From Seison nebaliae (lineage: Eukaryota), in NCBI GenBank assembly GCA_023231475.1, contig JALJEE010000646.1, forward strand, positions 1 to 62,812: a stretch of DNA of 62,812 bases. Direction: 5' to 3'. Numbering within the stretch: the first letter of the stretch is position 1; each line of letters starts with the position of its first letter. The notes under the pieces are model-generated. The model saw only the letters and a program-made list of their open reading frames with translations. It had not been told where the DNA came from and searched no databases. Of the stretch, positions 1 through 12,300 are shown in pieces. Made by a program: the position numbers and the translations under genes.

Positions 1-1
1 A

Positions 2-610
2 GATGAATCAACAAATTTTTTTGATGCTTCTATTGAAAGTGACTTTGAATGTATACGGGATCCAATTAACGAAATTTCGGAGTACCATTCAATCAATAAT
101 ATTATCGCAATAAGCTTGATAAGAATCAAAACGAAACATAATTGTTCAATAAATGCGATTAATTCCTTTATTCAACTTTTGAAATATATCAAATCAAATA
201 ATTTTTCACTTAATTCAATTCCAACAAATTTTGAACAATGTTTGATTTCATTAGGACTATCAAATAATAATGAGATTAGCACAATTTGTGAATGTGGAGA
301 CAACTTACCAAATCAACAAAATAATTGTTCCAACATTAATTGTCCTATAGTACCCTCGAAAAGAATAAACAACCTAAATAGATTATATTTACACAATTTT
401 CGTAATGATATAATTTCTATTCTTCAAAATTATATTAATTATACATATATGTATAACAATTATATTACATTTATGTATTTACAAAAAAAGACATTCTACA
501 CTGTCTACAGAATCTATGCTATAAATATATCCATAAATGTTCTGGGTTTAAAACTACCCTTTCCTATGTTAGCTGTATACAGAATTTTTATTATATATTA
601 TATATGCTAA
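2..610 (+). mobile_element. Probable CACTA/EnSpm-superfamily transposase N-terminal fragment (truncated; frame open from the window start)
   Basis: Frame is open from nt 2. IKTKHNCSINAINSFIQLL...IPTNF...ICECGDNL...CSNINC...YLHNFRNDIISIL resembles the helical plus Cys-cluster N-terminus of animal CACTA-like transposases. It decays into AT-rich sequence after ~430. No DDE core or TIR is visible. Confidence 0.4.
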
Positions 611-862
611 AATTAAATATGTCCATCAAAATATTTGATAAATGATTTTATATTATTAGTATATTATTTATTAATAACGGTAAAACTACAGTTTATCTAA
701 TTTTTACTAGAAGTTTACGAATTATATATTATCATTTATCTTTAGTTTACAACAGTACAAATTTAACAGGGAAGCATTATTTCAATAGTGACAGTCGCCA
801 AACGATGTAACTTCTTTAAACTGGTCGAAAGCAGAAATGGACAAATTTGTTGAAAAATGAGT

Positions 863-2278
863 TTATGTTTTGGGTGTGATAAGTGTTGAGGAAGGTACAC
901 CAGGTTGAATTCTTTCGAAAAATGCGGTTGACAAACGCTGATATCTTAAATGATATTGAAAGACTCCTATATCATCTATCATGAAAGATTTGTCATCATT
1001 CATGAGAATCCATTCATTTTTTTCATTATTTATCAGAGCTATTCCGTGCGATCCATAATATTCAGGATAAAAGTTGGGAGTGTTCTGGTTTTTAACGAAA
1101 TATGAACAAATCCTCCAGAAAATTTTTGCGATATTATTAAAATTTATTTTTGTATATTGTATTAATCGTTTATTGTTTAATACTTCGATTGTTTCTTCTA
1201 ATGTCATCATTCCCGCTATCGTACAATTTCCAATTTCAACATTCGATTCCATTGGAACAAAAGGCATTTTTTTAAGTTTTACGGTGAAATGTTCTTGTAG
1301 AGTAAGTAAAATTGTCCTCAAGAAGTATTTTTTATCTTCATATCCATTTAAAGGAAGATGATAAGTTTTTCTACGATTACTATGTAAGTTTAATGGTATT
1401 TTGATTGTGGAAGGTTTAAAGACGACATTCAAATTTCGAACAGCGTAAAATGAAACATTACGATTATTATCGAGTAAATCGATAATTTGTGCGATGAACG
1501 AATCAAAAAATACGGGTTGAAATTCTGGTCTATTTGAAGATCCGAACCATAACGCAAGAAATTCCGGATCGACATTCATCATTGTAAATTCAATACCAAT
1601 CGCTTCCGCAGCTGTTGAAGCCAATTTCCCCAACATATTTGATGGTAATCTTTTTACTATCCAAGGATTGTCGATGTTTTTACTCATTGGAGCTTTATCA
1701 TAGTTATATATTATGTTAAATAATTGTAAATCTGGATGCCAAGAACCTACTAGATATTTTTCATAAAATGTATAATAATCCGAATCGTATAAATCATAGA
1801 GAATGGTATCTAGACGTTCAAAACTGCAATGCATGTCTTTAGATAAAATAATTAATCTTTCACAACTTATCGTACCATTATATTTACATTCCATATTTCT
1901 ATACGACTTAGCTAAATGGTAATCTCCGGCTACTCCATAAGGTGGTTTATCTGGTTTATTATCTGCTATTTGCCTAATACCATGACTCAATACATCTACA
2001 TAATCGATAGAGTTTTTTATTGATTCTACTAAAATTATTGGATTGGTCTTTATTGCTTCCATCGGCTTCTCATCATAATGGTCAACTTTTCTCACTTTGC
2101 TTAATAATTTCTTTGATGATAATATCAAGGAGAGTAGGACGTTAGTTAAACAAACACCTAAGTCATCTGTATTATAAAAACCACATATCTTCCTAGCTGT
2201 TCCATGATAAAACATATCTATTTCTACTTGCTGTTCAGCGAAATCCATGAAAATAAATCTAGGTGGTAATCGATACAT
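863..2278 (-). CDS. Divergent ubiquitin-specific protease (USP/peptidase C19)-like protein, single coding exon, 471 aa
   Basis: Cys-box-like GFYNTDDLGVCLTNVLLSL (N36, C43, N46; cf. GLxNxGNTCYxNSxLQxL). His-box-like YGSHGIALINNEKNEWILMNDDKS followed by STAFFER (cf. GHYxAY..W..FND..V...AYxLFYxR). The ORF is long and uninterrupted. Confidence 0.6.
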   Translation of the reverse strand: MYRLPPRFIFMDFAEQQVEIDMFYHGTARKICGFYNTDDLGVCLTNVLLSLILSSKKLLSKVRKVDHYDEKPMEAIKTNPIILVESIKNSIDYVDVLSHGIRQIADNKPDKPPYGVAGDYHLAKSYRNMECKYNGTISCERLIILSKDMHCSFERLDTILYDLYDSDYYTFYEKYLVGSWHPDLQLFNIIYNYDKAPMSKNIDNPWIVKRLPSNMLGKLASTAAEAIGIEFTMMNVDPEFLALWFGSSNRPEFQPVFFDSFIAQIIDLLDNNRNVSFYAVRNLNVVFKPSTIKIPLNLHSNRRKTYHLPLNGYEDKKYFLRTILLTLQEHFTVKLKKMPFVPMESNVEIGNCTIAGMMTLEETIEVLNNKRLIQYTKINFNNIAKIFWRICSYFVKNQNTPNFYPEYYGSHGIALINNEKNEWILMNDDKSFMIDDIGVFQYHLRYQRLSTAFFERIQPGVPSSTLITPKT

Positions 2279-2623
2279 AACTGCTTACAAATGAAAAACT
2301 AACAAATAAAAAGAAACAGCAAATAAAATTAAAAATTAAATTAATTGGATTAATTACTGATTTTAATTTAACATTTTTTCTACATCCATAGTTTTAATAG
2401 TTTGATAGTTTTAATTGATATGCCAAAGAAAAATTGTTTTTTTTTATTAGAGTTTCATTAATTATTTTAAAATGTTTCATAGAAATCAATAAAGTTGTGT
2501 ATGGAAAAGACTAATAATTACAATTTAAACAAAATTTTTATGAAAAACATTCTACTTTTTTAATACTTCTTTAACTTCTTTGTCCATTCTATATTATTCA
2601 TCAAAATAGAATTCAATTGCAAA

Positions 2624-5180
2624 ATGAACAGAAAAACTTTTGTGAGAATAATTTATAAAACAGCTCCAATTTTTCGAACGCTAAAGCCAAGTACTAAAAG
2701 TCCGAAAAGAATTTAAATTATCTTATTTATTAAATCGAATTGAACAAATAGTTTTATATCAGTTACCATGACCAACGGTTCATTATTCAAATGATTAATT
2801 TAGTTAATTTTAGTTCTGTTGAAATAAAGGAAGAGTTTCTCGCCAAGTTTGTCAGATGCTTCGGCATCGATTCGGAGACTGTTAGTAAACTTCATAAAAC
2901 AAACACAAATTTTGATATGTTTGTAGGAGCAATATTTATTATATATTGTTCGAGAATGTCTAGATATTGTACCGAAACATCTCAAATTGGTTTCTAGCGT
3001 CAAAACAGGAGAATTGTTTTATCAAAACCAAGAAAATGGTAATATTTATTCAGATCATCCTTATTCTGATATTTTGAGGAAAATTATTGTACTAGAACGG
3101 TCAGTTCTCTATTATCCACTCATTCAATTTCATTATTTGTTTAGTGAAAAATATGAAGACGAACCACATTGTTATCAGAAAATTGATGTGCGCGAAACAT
3201 TACAGGAGTATATCACTGACACGGAACCGTTCACCACCGAACCTGGAAGTGATCAAATAATTGATGATTTTCCGTTATATGTCAACGATAATAATAGTTA
3301 TGATATAGCAATTAATGCGCTACATCAAGAACTGAATGATATAAATGACAAGTTCGTGATGCATCATTATGATATTTCCAAAAAATATGAACAGTTAATT
3401 TTAATTTCTTATAAGAAGTTTAAACTTACAATTTTCTTTTTAGTATCTGTAAAGACGCAATTACCGAGATGTATTTGGTAGCGATGAAAACTAAAGAGAA
3501 TATCAGAAGTTTATTAATTCAATCTTTTGAACGTTCAAGAAGTAGCGAAGATCCTTTAGAAAAGAAGTTTCTTTCTTTACTAATTTTCTACTGATTCATT
3601 TATTCTTCTCATATTTTCATTATTCTTCTTTCCAATTCAAGTAATCGACAAGATAATAATACAAATGGTTCCCTAATCATTTTACAAGAAAAATTAGAAA
3701 AAGTAAAATATTTCGTAAGAAATTTACAATTTTAAAATTTTGACCATTTATAGAGTGAGAAATTGGTAACTGCTTTAAGGATTAATGAAGTTCATTTAAA
3801 AGCCAAAATTGACGAGATGAATATCGAACAGAAAAAATTATGTTCCTGAATTCTCGATTTTATTAATTTCATTAATTGTCTTTGCAGCATCGAAGATAGA
3901 GGAACAAAATGAGAAGATTAAAATGCTGAAAAGTAAAAATTATTATATAAAAGCCAAATCGATGAGACTAGGCAAACCAGATGTAGACACAGTCGTGCTA
4001 AATGCAGATGTTTGAAATTCGCTTAAGTAAATATATTAAAAAATTCTCATAAATTAGAAATCAACTTTCCATGATAATGAAGAAGAAGAGGCAATTCAAG
4101 ACGATACAAAATCATTGACAAGTTTTGAGGAATTTTGTTATTTTGAAAAATTTTCGATTTTCTTCAGTTCGAGAATTGAAAGAATCTTCTTCTTCTACTA
4201 CTACTTGTGTGGAGATGAATAGTAGTTCGCCTGTTGATCGAGCTTTGAAATCGTTGGCAGATGATTTATCTGATATGGATATGGAGTTTGTGGGCAAAGA
4301 ATACGATAAAATACTAAAAAAAAAGAAAACGAGAAATGTAACAAAAGAAGAAAAGCAAAGAAAAATTTTAAAATCAGTTCATGAATTTATCGAAGAAAAT
4401 CGATCGTTCCGAACGAAACACTTCGACAGTTCAAAATATTCGGGTGTCAAATTAAATTGTGCTCGGTCTCGAAAATACGAAAATAGAAGTCCAGTAAGAA
4501 TGAATGTTGTAGAAGAATTCGCTCAGTTCTCTAACTGTCTTCTCAATCGTCCAAATAAAATGGAGACGAAAATGAAATTTATAAATAATTTGAAAGAGAT
4601 TCCACAACTCGGTAATTTAACTCCAAAATTATCAGAGCAATTCCGTAAAGAGAAGAATGAAATTGAATTTGTCGAACTTGGGAGGAGAGATGTTCCTTTA
4701 AATCATAATCAAAATTGTCGCAATGATATCGCTAATACATCTACACGGGAAACAATCGTAATACCGTCGTTTCATCATTCTTATTCGGATGACAATCTGA
4801 AGAAAATGAAGGAATTAATGCTCGACAGATTTATTGAATGTCGTGAAGATTTAGAGAGTATGGATGAAAAGAGAAGTAAATCTACTATCAGTATGGTGAA
4901 CAATGATTGGAGTATAAAACCATCAAAGAAAGAGGATATGATAAGACGAACAAAATCGCAGTGTGAAAGAAAAAAGTCACCGATGAAAAGATTCTTTAAT
5001 TTTATTTTAAAGAAAAAGAAATCGAAATCGAAAGAATCACTACCTCCAAGAAAACATAGTTTCCTATTGAATAAAAGAAAAACTTATTTTCCTTCACCTG
5101 AGAAGAATATGAATCCATTGGAATATGTGGAAGATCATTCAATAACAATGTCGAATAATTCCGTTGATTTTTTACCATAA
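2624..5180 (+). CDS. CEP164 N-terminal-domain-like protein with a degenerate WW domain and coiled-coil; ~10-11 exons, last exon is the ORF ending at 5180; 5' end uncertain
   Basis: Splicing 2881-2926 and 3100-3144 gives EEFLAKFVRCFGIDSETEQYLLYIVRECLDIVPKHLKLVSSVKTGELFYQNQENGNIYSDHPYSDILRKIIVLER, matching the CEP164 pattern (E..EYA..LGIDP..E..LLWIAREGL..PLP..WK......G..YYFN...G...WDHP.D..YR..V..ER). Further short GT-AG introns (starting ~3394, 3567, 3703, 3842, 4010, 4122) keep one frame open into ORF 4125-5180. Confidence 0.6.
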
Positions 5181-5293
5181 GATGTGACTAGTTTTTTCTT
5201 TAAAAATTAAATGTTCCTTATTTTTACATTTTATTGTTTGGCAAATAAAAAACGGAAGATATTTTTGCTTATCTGATTAATTATCGATCGAGT

Positions 5294-6935
5294 TTAATAG
5301 ACATAGAAAATCGAGAGAATTATAGGAATATAAAGCAGCACATTCTTCATCAATTCTACTCGATTTGATGTAGCAGCGTTTATTGACAAAGTGAAACTGT
5401 AGCTATCCCAAACCAATTTGGCAGAACTGGCAACTCTGAAAAAGAATTTTTTTAAATAAATTTCTTATTTTTTATAAATTCTACTAACTTTTCTGGCATT
5501 CTAAGATCGTAATGTTTCTTCATTTTACTTTCACCAGCATACAGGTTCTCCGCATATGGTGAACAAATAACAGTTACAGGTAATTTCTTCCTATATCTCG
5601 TCGTATCTGGAAATTAATGGAATAAATTTGAATTAATGAAATTGAAAATATTAACCATTACTCAATTGTAATTTGAGGAAAATTGGTTTCAAATCAAAAT
5701 TTTTCTTCAAATTTCTTTAATTGAAAGAAGAAATATCTCGTCAAAGATATATGATAAATCAAATTGTTAACTGTAATGGGAAAACGCTGAACGGAATTTT
5801 TCCAAAATTTGATGGTTCCGTATCGTTTAATGAATAGAATTTTGTTCCTATTAAACGTTGACCGACTTTGGCTATTTCTTTATCATCACCTTTTTGAACA
5901 AACTATGAAAAAAATATAAAAATTAAATTTTTAGTTATTAAATTAAATAATTTTAACTCTCTCCTCACAAGCTATCAATATGTTTTTGCGAGAAAGAATT
6001 GAAAATTGAGAATTATCCATTTTCAGATGGAAAACGGATAATTTCTTTTTTTCTGGTGCTTCATATGGAAGTTTCGTTTTAGAATGTGCTAATTTTTCCG
6101 GATTGAACGGCATCGGTACCCATCCATATACCTTAGAGAATAAGAGACATTAAAAGATTTTAGAGAATAAAATAATGAACTTTATTCAATTTCACCAGGA
6201 AACATGGTTCTAACGTATTCGTTTGATTGTAACAACCGATTTCGCGAGCGAAATCAATTATCTTATCTTTTTTCGCCAATTTGTCCAAACCATCTAACAA
6301 CGATTTAGAATAAGAAATCTTTTAGTGGAACTAACCTAAATAAAAATCCAAAGAATCTGAAAATGGTCGAAGTGTTTCAATATCGTCCGTACTGAATTTG
6401 AAAACGTCTTTTCCATCTTTGAAATCTAATCCACTCGGACGATAAGCTAAACCGGGATATGGTTCAGTTTCACCTAAAACATAAATTTGGAGTAATTTAA
6501 AATTATCTTTCCAACAACGGAGAGAATTTGAAATCATGAACCTGTATATCCGTACAATCCACCCGCTAAAATACTTGCACTTCCAATGAGTTTCGGTTCA
6601 TTCTTCCCAATGAATTGAGATAGAACGAAAACAAAAAGACAGTACAATCCACCCAACACCAGATAAAAGATGAAATAGAATATGGTGATGAGAGCTAATC
6701 GAATAAAATTCCAAATAGATATAATATTCAAAAGAAAATCTTTCAACAATTCCACTAACCCCAACTCTTTCCATCACGACCGATAAACGATCTAGTTTTA
6801 GTATCACAAAAAAAATTTGCTTGCTTATGTCTCTTGACGGTATCCCAATTGACTTCTTGCTGAGAATGTGAAGATAATTTACAAAGAGAAAATTGAATAA
6901 AATCAAAAAATAATCGGATAAACTTGTTGTTCCAT
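5294..6935 (-). CDS. Na+/K+-ATPase beta subunit family protein (nervana/ATP1B-like), 10 exons, with a C-terminal hydrophobic extension
   Basis: The spliced product has FIGRDGKSW, TM helix LITIFYFIFYLVLGGLYCLFVFVL, EPKL, PGLAYRP, PCFLVKLNK|VYGWVP, IACE, VICSPYAENL and the terminal strand YSFTLSI, all beta-subunit hallmarks. Nine 42-68 nt GT-AG introns join in frame. ATG at 6935, TAA at 5294-5296. Confidence 0.9.
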
Positions 6936-7339
6936 GACAGATGTTTTTATAAGAAAAGTTTATTAGAATAAAAAACGAATAGAAAATATTTTTCTACACA
7001 CGTACCTCAATATTGAAAGAATTGTGCGCGTATTCATATAGAAAATGATTGATCTCCTTCCCCTTCTCTCTCACAAGGAAATTTTTATTTGTATGTAAGA
7101 AGTGAATGGACGCGAATATCAGAAGAAACGTTTAAAAATTGGAGGGTAGAGAGTTGAACGACAATTAGGAGATATCAGAGATTCTTATAAAATATCTACG
7201 CATAAGACAAATGAGATTGTTAAATTGAAAAATTTTTAGATGACAAAAATTAAATATTTTAATAAATATTGAACTTAAATTGATCTCAAATTAAATTTAA
7301 TTCCAAGAAATGAATAATAAAATTTTAATAAGTTTTTAA

Positions 7340-7441
7340 TTAATTTTAAAATGATTTTTAATAAATTTTAAAATGGTTTTAATAAATTTTAAAATGGTTT
7401 TTAAAAAATTTTAAAATGGTTTTTAATAAATTTTTAAAATG
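7340..7441. repeat. AT-rich minisatellite, ~21-22 bp unit (ttttaataaattttaaaatggt), ~4-5 imperfect copies
   Basis: Directly visible tandem copies that overlap the stop codon of the methyltransferase ORF. Confidence 0.8.
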
Positions 7442-8507
7442 TAAAATTTGGAGATATCAATTTGAGAAAATTGAGTAAATTCACCGTCGGAATTGGGACT
7501 GATATATTCGAATGGTTCATTATTAATCTTCCAATTCTCTTTCAAAATCGATTCTTTATATAATCTTTCCATTGGACAATTCTCGTTTTCTATTAATAAT
7601 GATGGTTCTTTATAATCGTTGGTCAAACGGAAACCAGCATTGGAAACGGTTTTTCGTCTGATATAAATTGGATCATAAAAAATTTTTTGTTTGACTATTT
7701 TAATAAAATCATAATAATTTTGGTACGTCGGCGTCATATTATAATCATCAGAACAACTAATGACATCCACACGGAATTTATGAAGATCGAAATAATTGAA
7801 CAATGTTTGAGTATCTTCATTCGAACGGAAAACGTAACCAACGTAACATTCATGTTTGATTACAGTACTATCCCAAAGATCTTTAAGAAATTTCAAATTT
7901 CTTATAATATTCTCGAAATCTACAAAAGAATAATGAGAATATGCATAAAATATAAACCGTCAATTTCGTAGAAGATATCTGAAGCAATCAACAAATAAGT
8001 TCGAGAGATGTCGCAGAATTGAGCGGAATTTTCTTTGACAATTCGTTCCATATCATTGTCGATTCTCCAATCGAAATAATGGAATTGAAAATCAGCATAA
8101 TTCACATTTAATCGTCCATTCAATAATTGAGTTTGCTTCCAACTTTGACTAGTTCGATCTAATAAAATAACATCATCTAACAGATCATCGTAATGGAAAG
8201 ATGATGGAAATATTCTTTAACCACATCGATTCATGATTCGAGCAACAAAAGATGTCAATCCATTACCACAACCGAAATCGATGAAGGTTATTGGAGAAGA
8301 CAAATTAGTGGAAGAATCGACGAGGAACGAATGCCATTGAATCATGAAAACACTTATGGGCCAAAATTGAGAACTTCGAAATTGTTCCAAATCTGTCGCA
8401 TTCAGGACGGAAACTTCATCGTCATGACGAACAGATACAACTAGTGTGGGAGTGACTCGTACTTCAACAATTTGCGTGATAGACGAATGTGTCTTTTGCA
8501 ACTGCAT
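7423..8507 (-). CDS. METTL23: Seven-beta-strand methyltransferase, Methyltransf_16 family, METTL23-like; 3 exons
   Basis: FWPIS, motif I IDFGCGNGLTS, post-I VILLD, FDW, and motif II LIASDIFYEIDDFENIIRNLKFL plus YVFRS (cf. METTL23 ILASDVFFEPEDFEDIL..YFL and YQVRS). Introns at ~8177-8221 and 7920-7957 join three ORF-track fragments. The 3' end is less certain. Confidence 0.72.
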
Positions 8508-8656
8508 TACAATTTGAAGAGTAAAATAATCGAATATTTCGAATTAGCTCAAATTTTAATTTTTTTCTCATTCTCTTCTATCTTTTTTATATATCGTTTA
8601 TTTATTTATAATCTTATAATAAAATGATATAAATTACATTTTATAATTATATAATT

Positions 8657-8678
<22 letters not shown>
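8657..8678. repeat. (TA)n microsatellite
   Basis: Direct inspection. Confidence 0.9.
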
Positions 8679-8688
<10 letters not shown>

Positions 8689-9392
8689 TTAGCATTTATA
8701 AATTTTATTATATATATTTCGATACTTCCTTTAATGACTTATCAAAATGAAGAATAAGTTGGTAGTAAAAACTTAAAATTGTACTAGTTGTAGTTTAAAC
8801 GATTTTATCTTTGATTAAAGAGAATTTAATAATTTATTATTATTTATATTAATCATATATTTTCAGTTGTGTGTCATTTGTAAATATTGTAATATTAAGA
8901 AATGTTGTAAGAAATATTAAACTAATTGTCTTTTTAGCATTAGATTTTATAGTTCTATGTTCAAATAGTAAGTTAATATAAGGAAAGTATTAGGGGAGCG
9001 ATTGAGTGAAGATATACGTGTATGAGAATTCTATTTCGTTCCGAACTTTTTTCTATAAGAAAAAGAAATAAAATAAAAGAATGACGATAGTGAGATTGTG
9101 TAATGGTAAAATCAGGAGGAGGAAGAAGAGGAAGGGGGAGGGGAGAAAGAAGAATTTATGAAACAATAAATAAGAAATATATATTTTGTATTAGGAAAAC
9201 GAGAATTGGGATGAGATAAGTTGAAGTGAACTGTGAGCATAAGGAGGAATTAAAGAATGTTTCGAGTTCAGAGACTAGTTCGAATGATTTCTTTAAAATG
9301 TTGATGGGTCGTTCTTTCTCTCATAATCAATCCGTCAACTGTACATGATGATAATAATTAGGGTGGAATAATTGTTAATAGTTTGTCGTTTG

Positions 9393-12300
9393 TTAATGAT
9401 TACCTAGTGGATTGTTGGTGGAGAAGTTGAGGGAACTGGGTATTTGTAATAGATCCGTCAATCGATCAATATGTTCAGACGAGAATAAATGATTCTAAAA
9501 AAATTTGAAATTAAATAATAAAATGAAAAGAGAATAAAAACAAACTCTTCGAGCAATCGGAATAGTTGAATCGTTACCATTAGTTTCCGGATTAACAATT
9601 GGATTGTTGTTGTTGTTGTAAGGGACGTTACAGATCTTACATGAAGTGAGTTGAAGATTTAATTCAGTTTCCAACTTACTGAATTTCCATTGAAGACGTT
9701 TCTGTTTAGCTCGCGAATTTTGAAACCAAACTTGGATGACTCGTTTGGGAAGATCGATCAATTCTCCCAATCGTTCACATTCATTCATTGTTGGCGTTCG
9801 ATATTCACTGAATATACATCTCATTAAATGGATTTGCTTCTGATTCATTTGCGTTCGAACACGTCTCGGTAATTGACCGTTACTGTTGTTAACGGTGGAA
9901 TTTGAATTAAACGATTTAACTTCTTGATTAATTGTGTCACTCATAAAATTGGACGATAAACTGTTGTTGTTGTTGTTGTTGTTGTTGTTTGTGGAGGTGG
10001 TGGTATTATTGATGAGATTAGAGAAGAGTGCTGTCTTCCTTCTGAATTCATCATCATCTTCACTTCGATCATTCTCAGATGAATGAGAGAGAGAATATGA
10101 AGATGAATGATGAGAGACTGGTGAAGAATTATCATCTGGTCGTTTCATATCAAATAAATGATTAACATCATTATTATTCATAAACATTTTAGTTTGAAGA
10201 CTCAATTTAAATTTTTTGAAATATTCATCGAATGAATTGGACATATCATTTTGGTTTTGTCCATTTATCGAATGATCAACTTCCTGATCATTCGACTCGT
10301 TTGTTCGAACTTTCTTCTCATTGAACGACATGAGAGATGAAGGCAACGAACGTTTGAGATTGTTCAACATCTTCTCCGAATTCTCATTCAACAAATTCGT
10401 AACATTCGATCTCGAACCATTCTCTAATGGACGTTCTATAGAAGACAAATCACTTTCATCAAACATCTCCGAATCTTCATCATTCATCAAATAATCCATA
10501 TCATTCCGATGTTGACTTTGATGTGATTGTTGTTGTTGTTGTTGCTTAGCAAATGCTTGAGCTGCTCTCTGTTCCAATAAGATTTTCGTCGCTTCTGGTG
10601 TCAATTGTGCGGGCATCTTTATAATTCCTTTTCGTTCTCTTGCTCTCGTATTCTGAAACCATACTTGGACAACACGCTTACTTAATGAAACGGCTTGCGA
10701 AATCTCTTCCAATGCTCGTCGATCAGGTGATGGATCGATAGAATATTGTTGTAAGAGGTAAGCATGTTGTTCCGCCGTAATATTTGTTCTTTGTCTTTTA
10801 TAAGAATTTGAATGTAAATTATTATGAGCATGATACTGTTGTTGTTGTTGTTGTTGTTGTTGTGGATGATGATGATGATGATGATGATTTTGTGATTGAC
10901 CATTCAAATTTAATGATTGTGGAGATAGAAACGAATATTCTGATTGTTGTTGTTGTTGTTGTTGTTGTTGTTTGATATTAAGAAATTTCGAAATAAGATC
11001 TTCATCCAAATTTTCCGTTTTAACAATCGGATTATGATTATTATCGATTTCTTCATTCGTCGAATCTTTCAATTCATTTGTGTTAATTGATTCTGTTGAT
11101 AACGCTTCATTCGATTTTTGTTGTTGTTGTTGTTGAAGTAGATTAGCTAATGATGATAAAACGGTTTGTATTGTCATCGATTTCTTTTCAGTTTCATTCT
11201 CATTCTGATTGTCGATGGTTTGATTATCTTCATAAAATTTAGGTTCATTCTTCACATTGGTTGACGTGCATTCCATATCATTTGTACTTGAATCATTTTC
11301 GGAAGAATTGTCAGAATTGGATAAATTCGACGTTTTCTCTCCATTCACTGACGCTATCAAATTCGTCGGATTAAATTTATTGAAAATTGATTGTAAGTTT
11401 TTCGAAGGATCGCCAATTGATTCATTCGTGGAATTCTCCTGATTATTTCCATTCACAATATTGTTGGTAGTGGTAGTGGTGGTGGTAGTGATGGTATTGG
11501 AAAGAGGCGAACATAAAGTGGAGAAAGTGGACGTGGACATTTCTTTAAATAAATTTGATAATTTTTCATTCTGATAAATCCGTTCGATTATTGATGATTC
11601 AATTAGATTACCTCGATCCACTGACGACGATAAGAGAGATGAAGATGTTGTTATTGTTGTTGTTAAATTTTGAACGTTACATGATGATTGTAATGGCAAA
11701 AGAATACGATCATTATGAGTCGTCGTCATATCGAACAATGATTGTGGTCCTTGTGTCTTTCTAAGTTTTTGTCTCTGATTCTGAAACCATACAGTGATGA
11801 CTCTCGTTTGTAAATTCAATTTTCTCGATAACTCTTCTAATTGATGATCTTTCGGATATGCATTCCGATCGAAATAATCTTGAAGGATTTTTATTTGTGA
11901 CGAAAGAAATTTAGTTCGACCTGAACGTTTCGTTGGCGTTGACGTTCCACCTAAAAATGCTGACGTGATAGCTGATGAGGAGACATTGTATGAATTGGGA
12001 ACATTCTGATTATTCGATGATAATTGAGAAGATGAAGAAGAGGAAGCAGAAGATGATGATGATGATGAATTACCGTTCATAATCAATTGATTTCCCGCAA
12101 CCACATTCATAAGATTATTCAAATTATAATTGATAGTTGATGGAATAGTGGAGGAAGATATTGAAAGTAAATTTGATGAAGGTGAAGATGAAGTTGATGA
12201 AGCTGATGGAGAAGTGGAAGCGGATGTCGATGAAGATGATGGACAATTTTTTATTTCGATAATCTTCAAAAGTTTATCACGAATTGACATTCCATTCATT

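Noticed and set aside
2762..2776. X-box-like GTTACCATGACCAAC near the CEP164-like gene, and GTTGCTATGCAAC at ~58792
   Set aside because: Spacing or half-site deviates from the 14-bp consensus, and the first probably lies within a coding exon.
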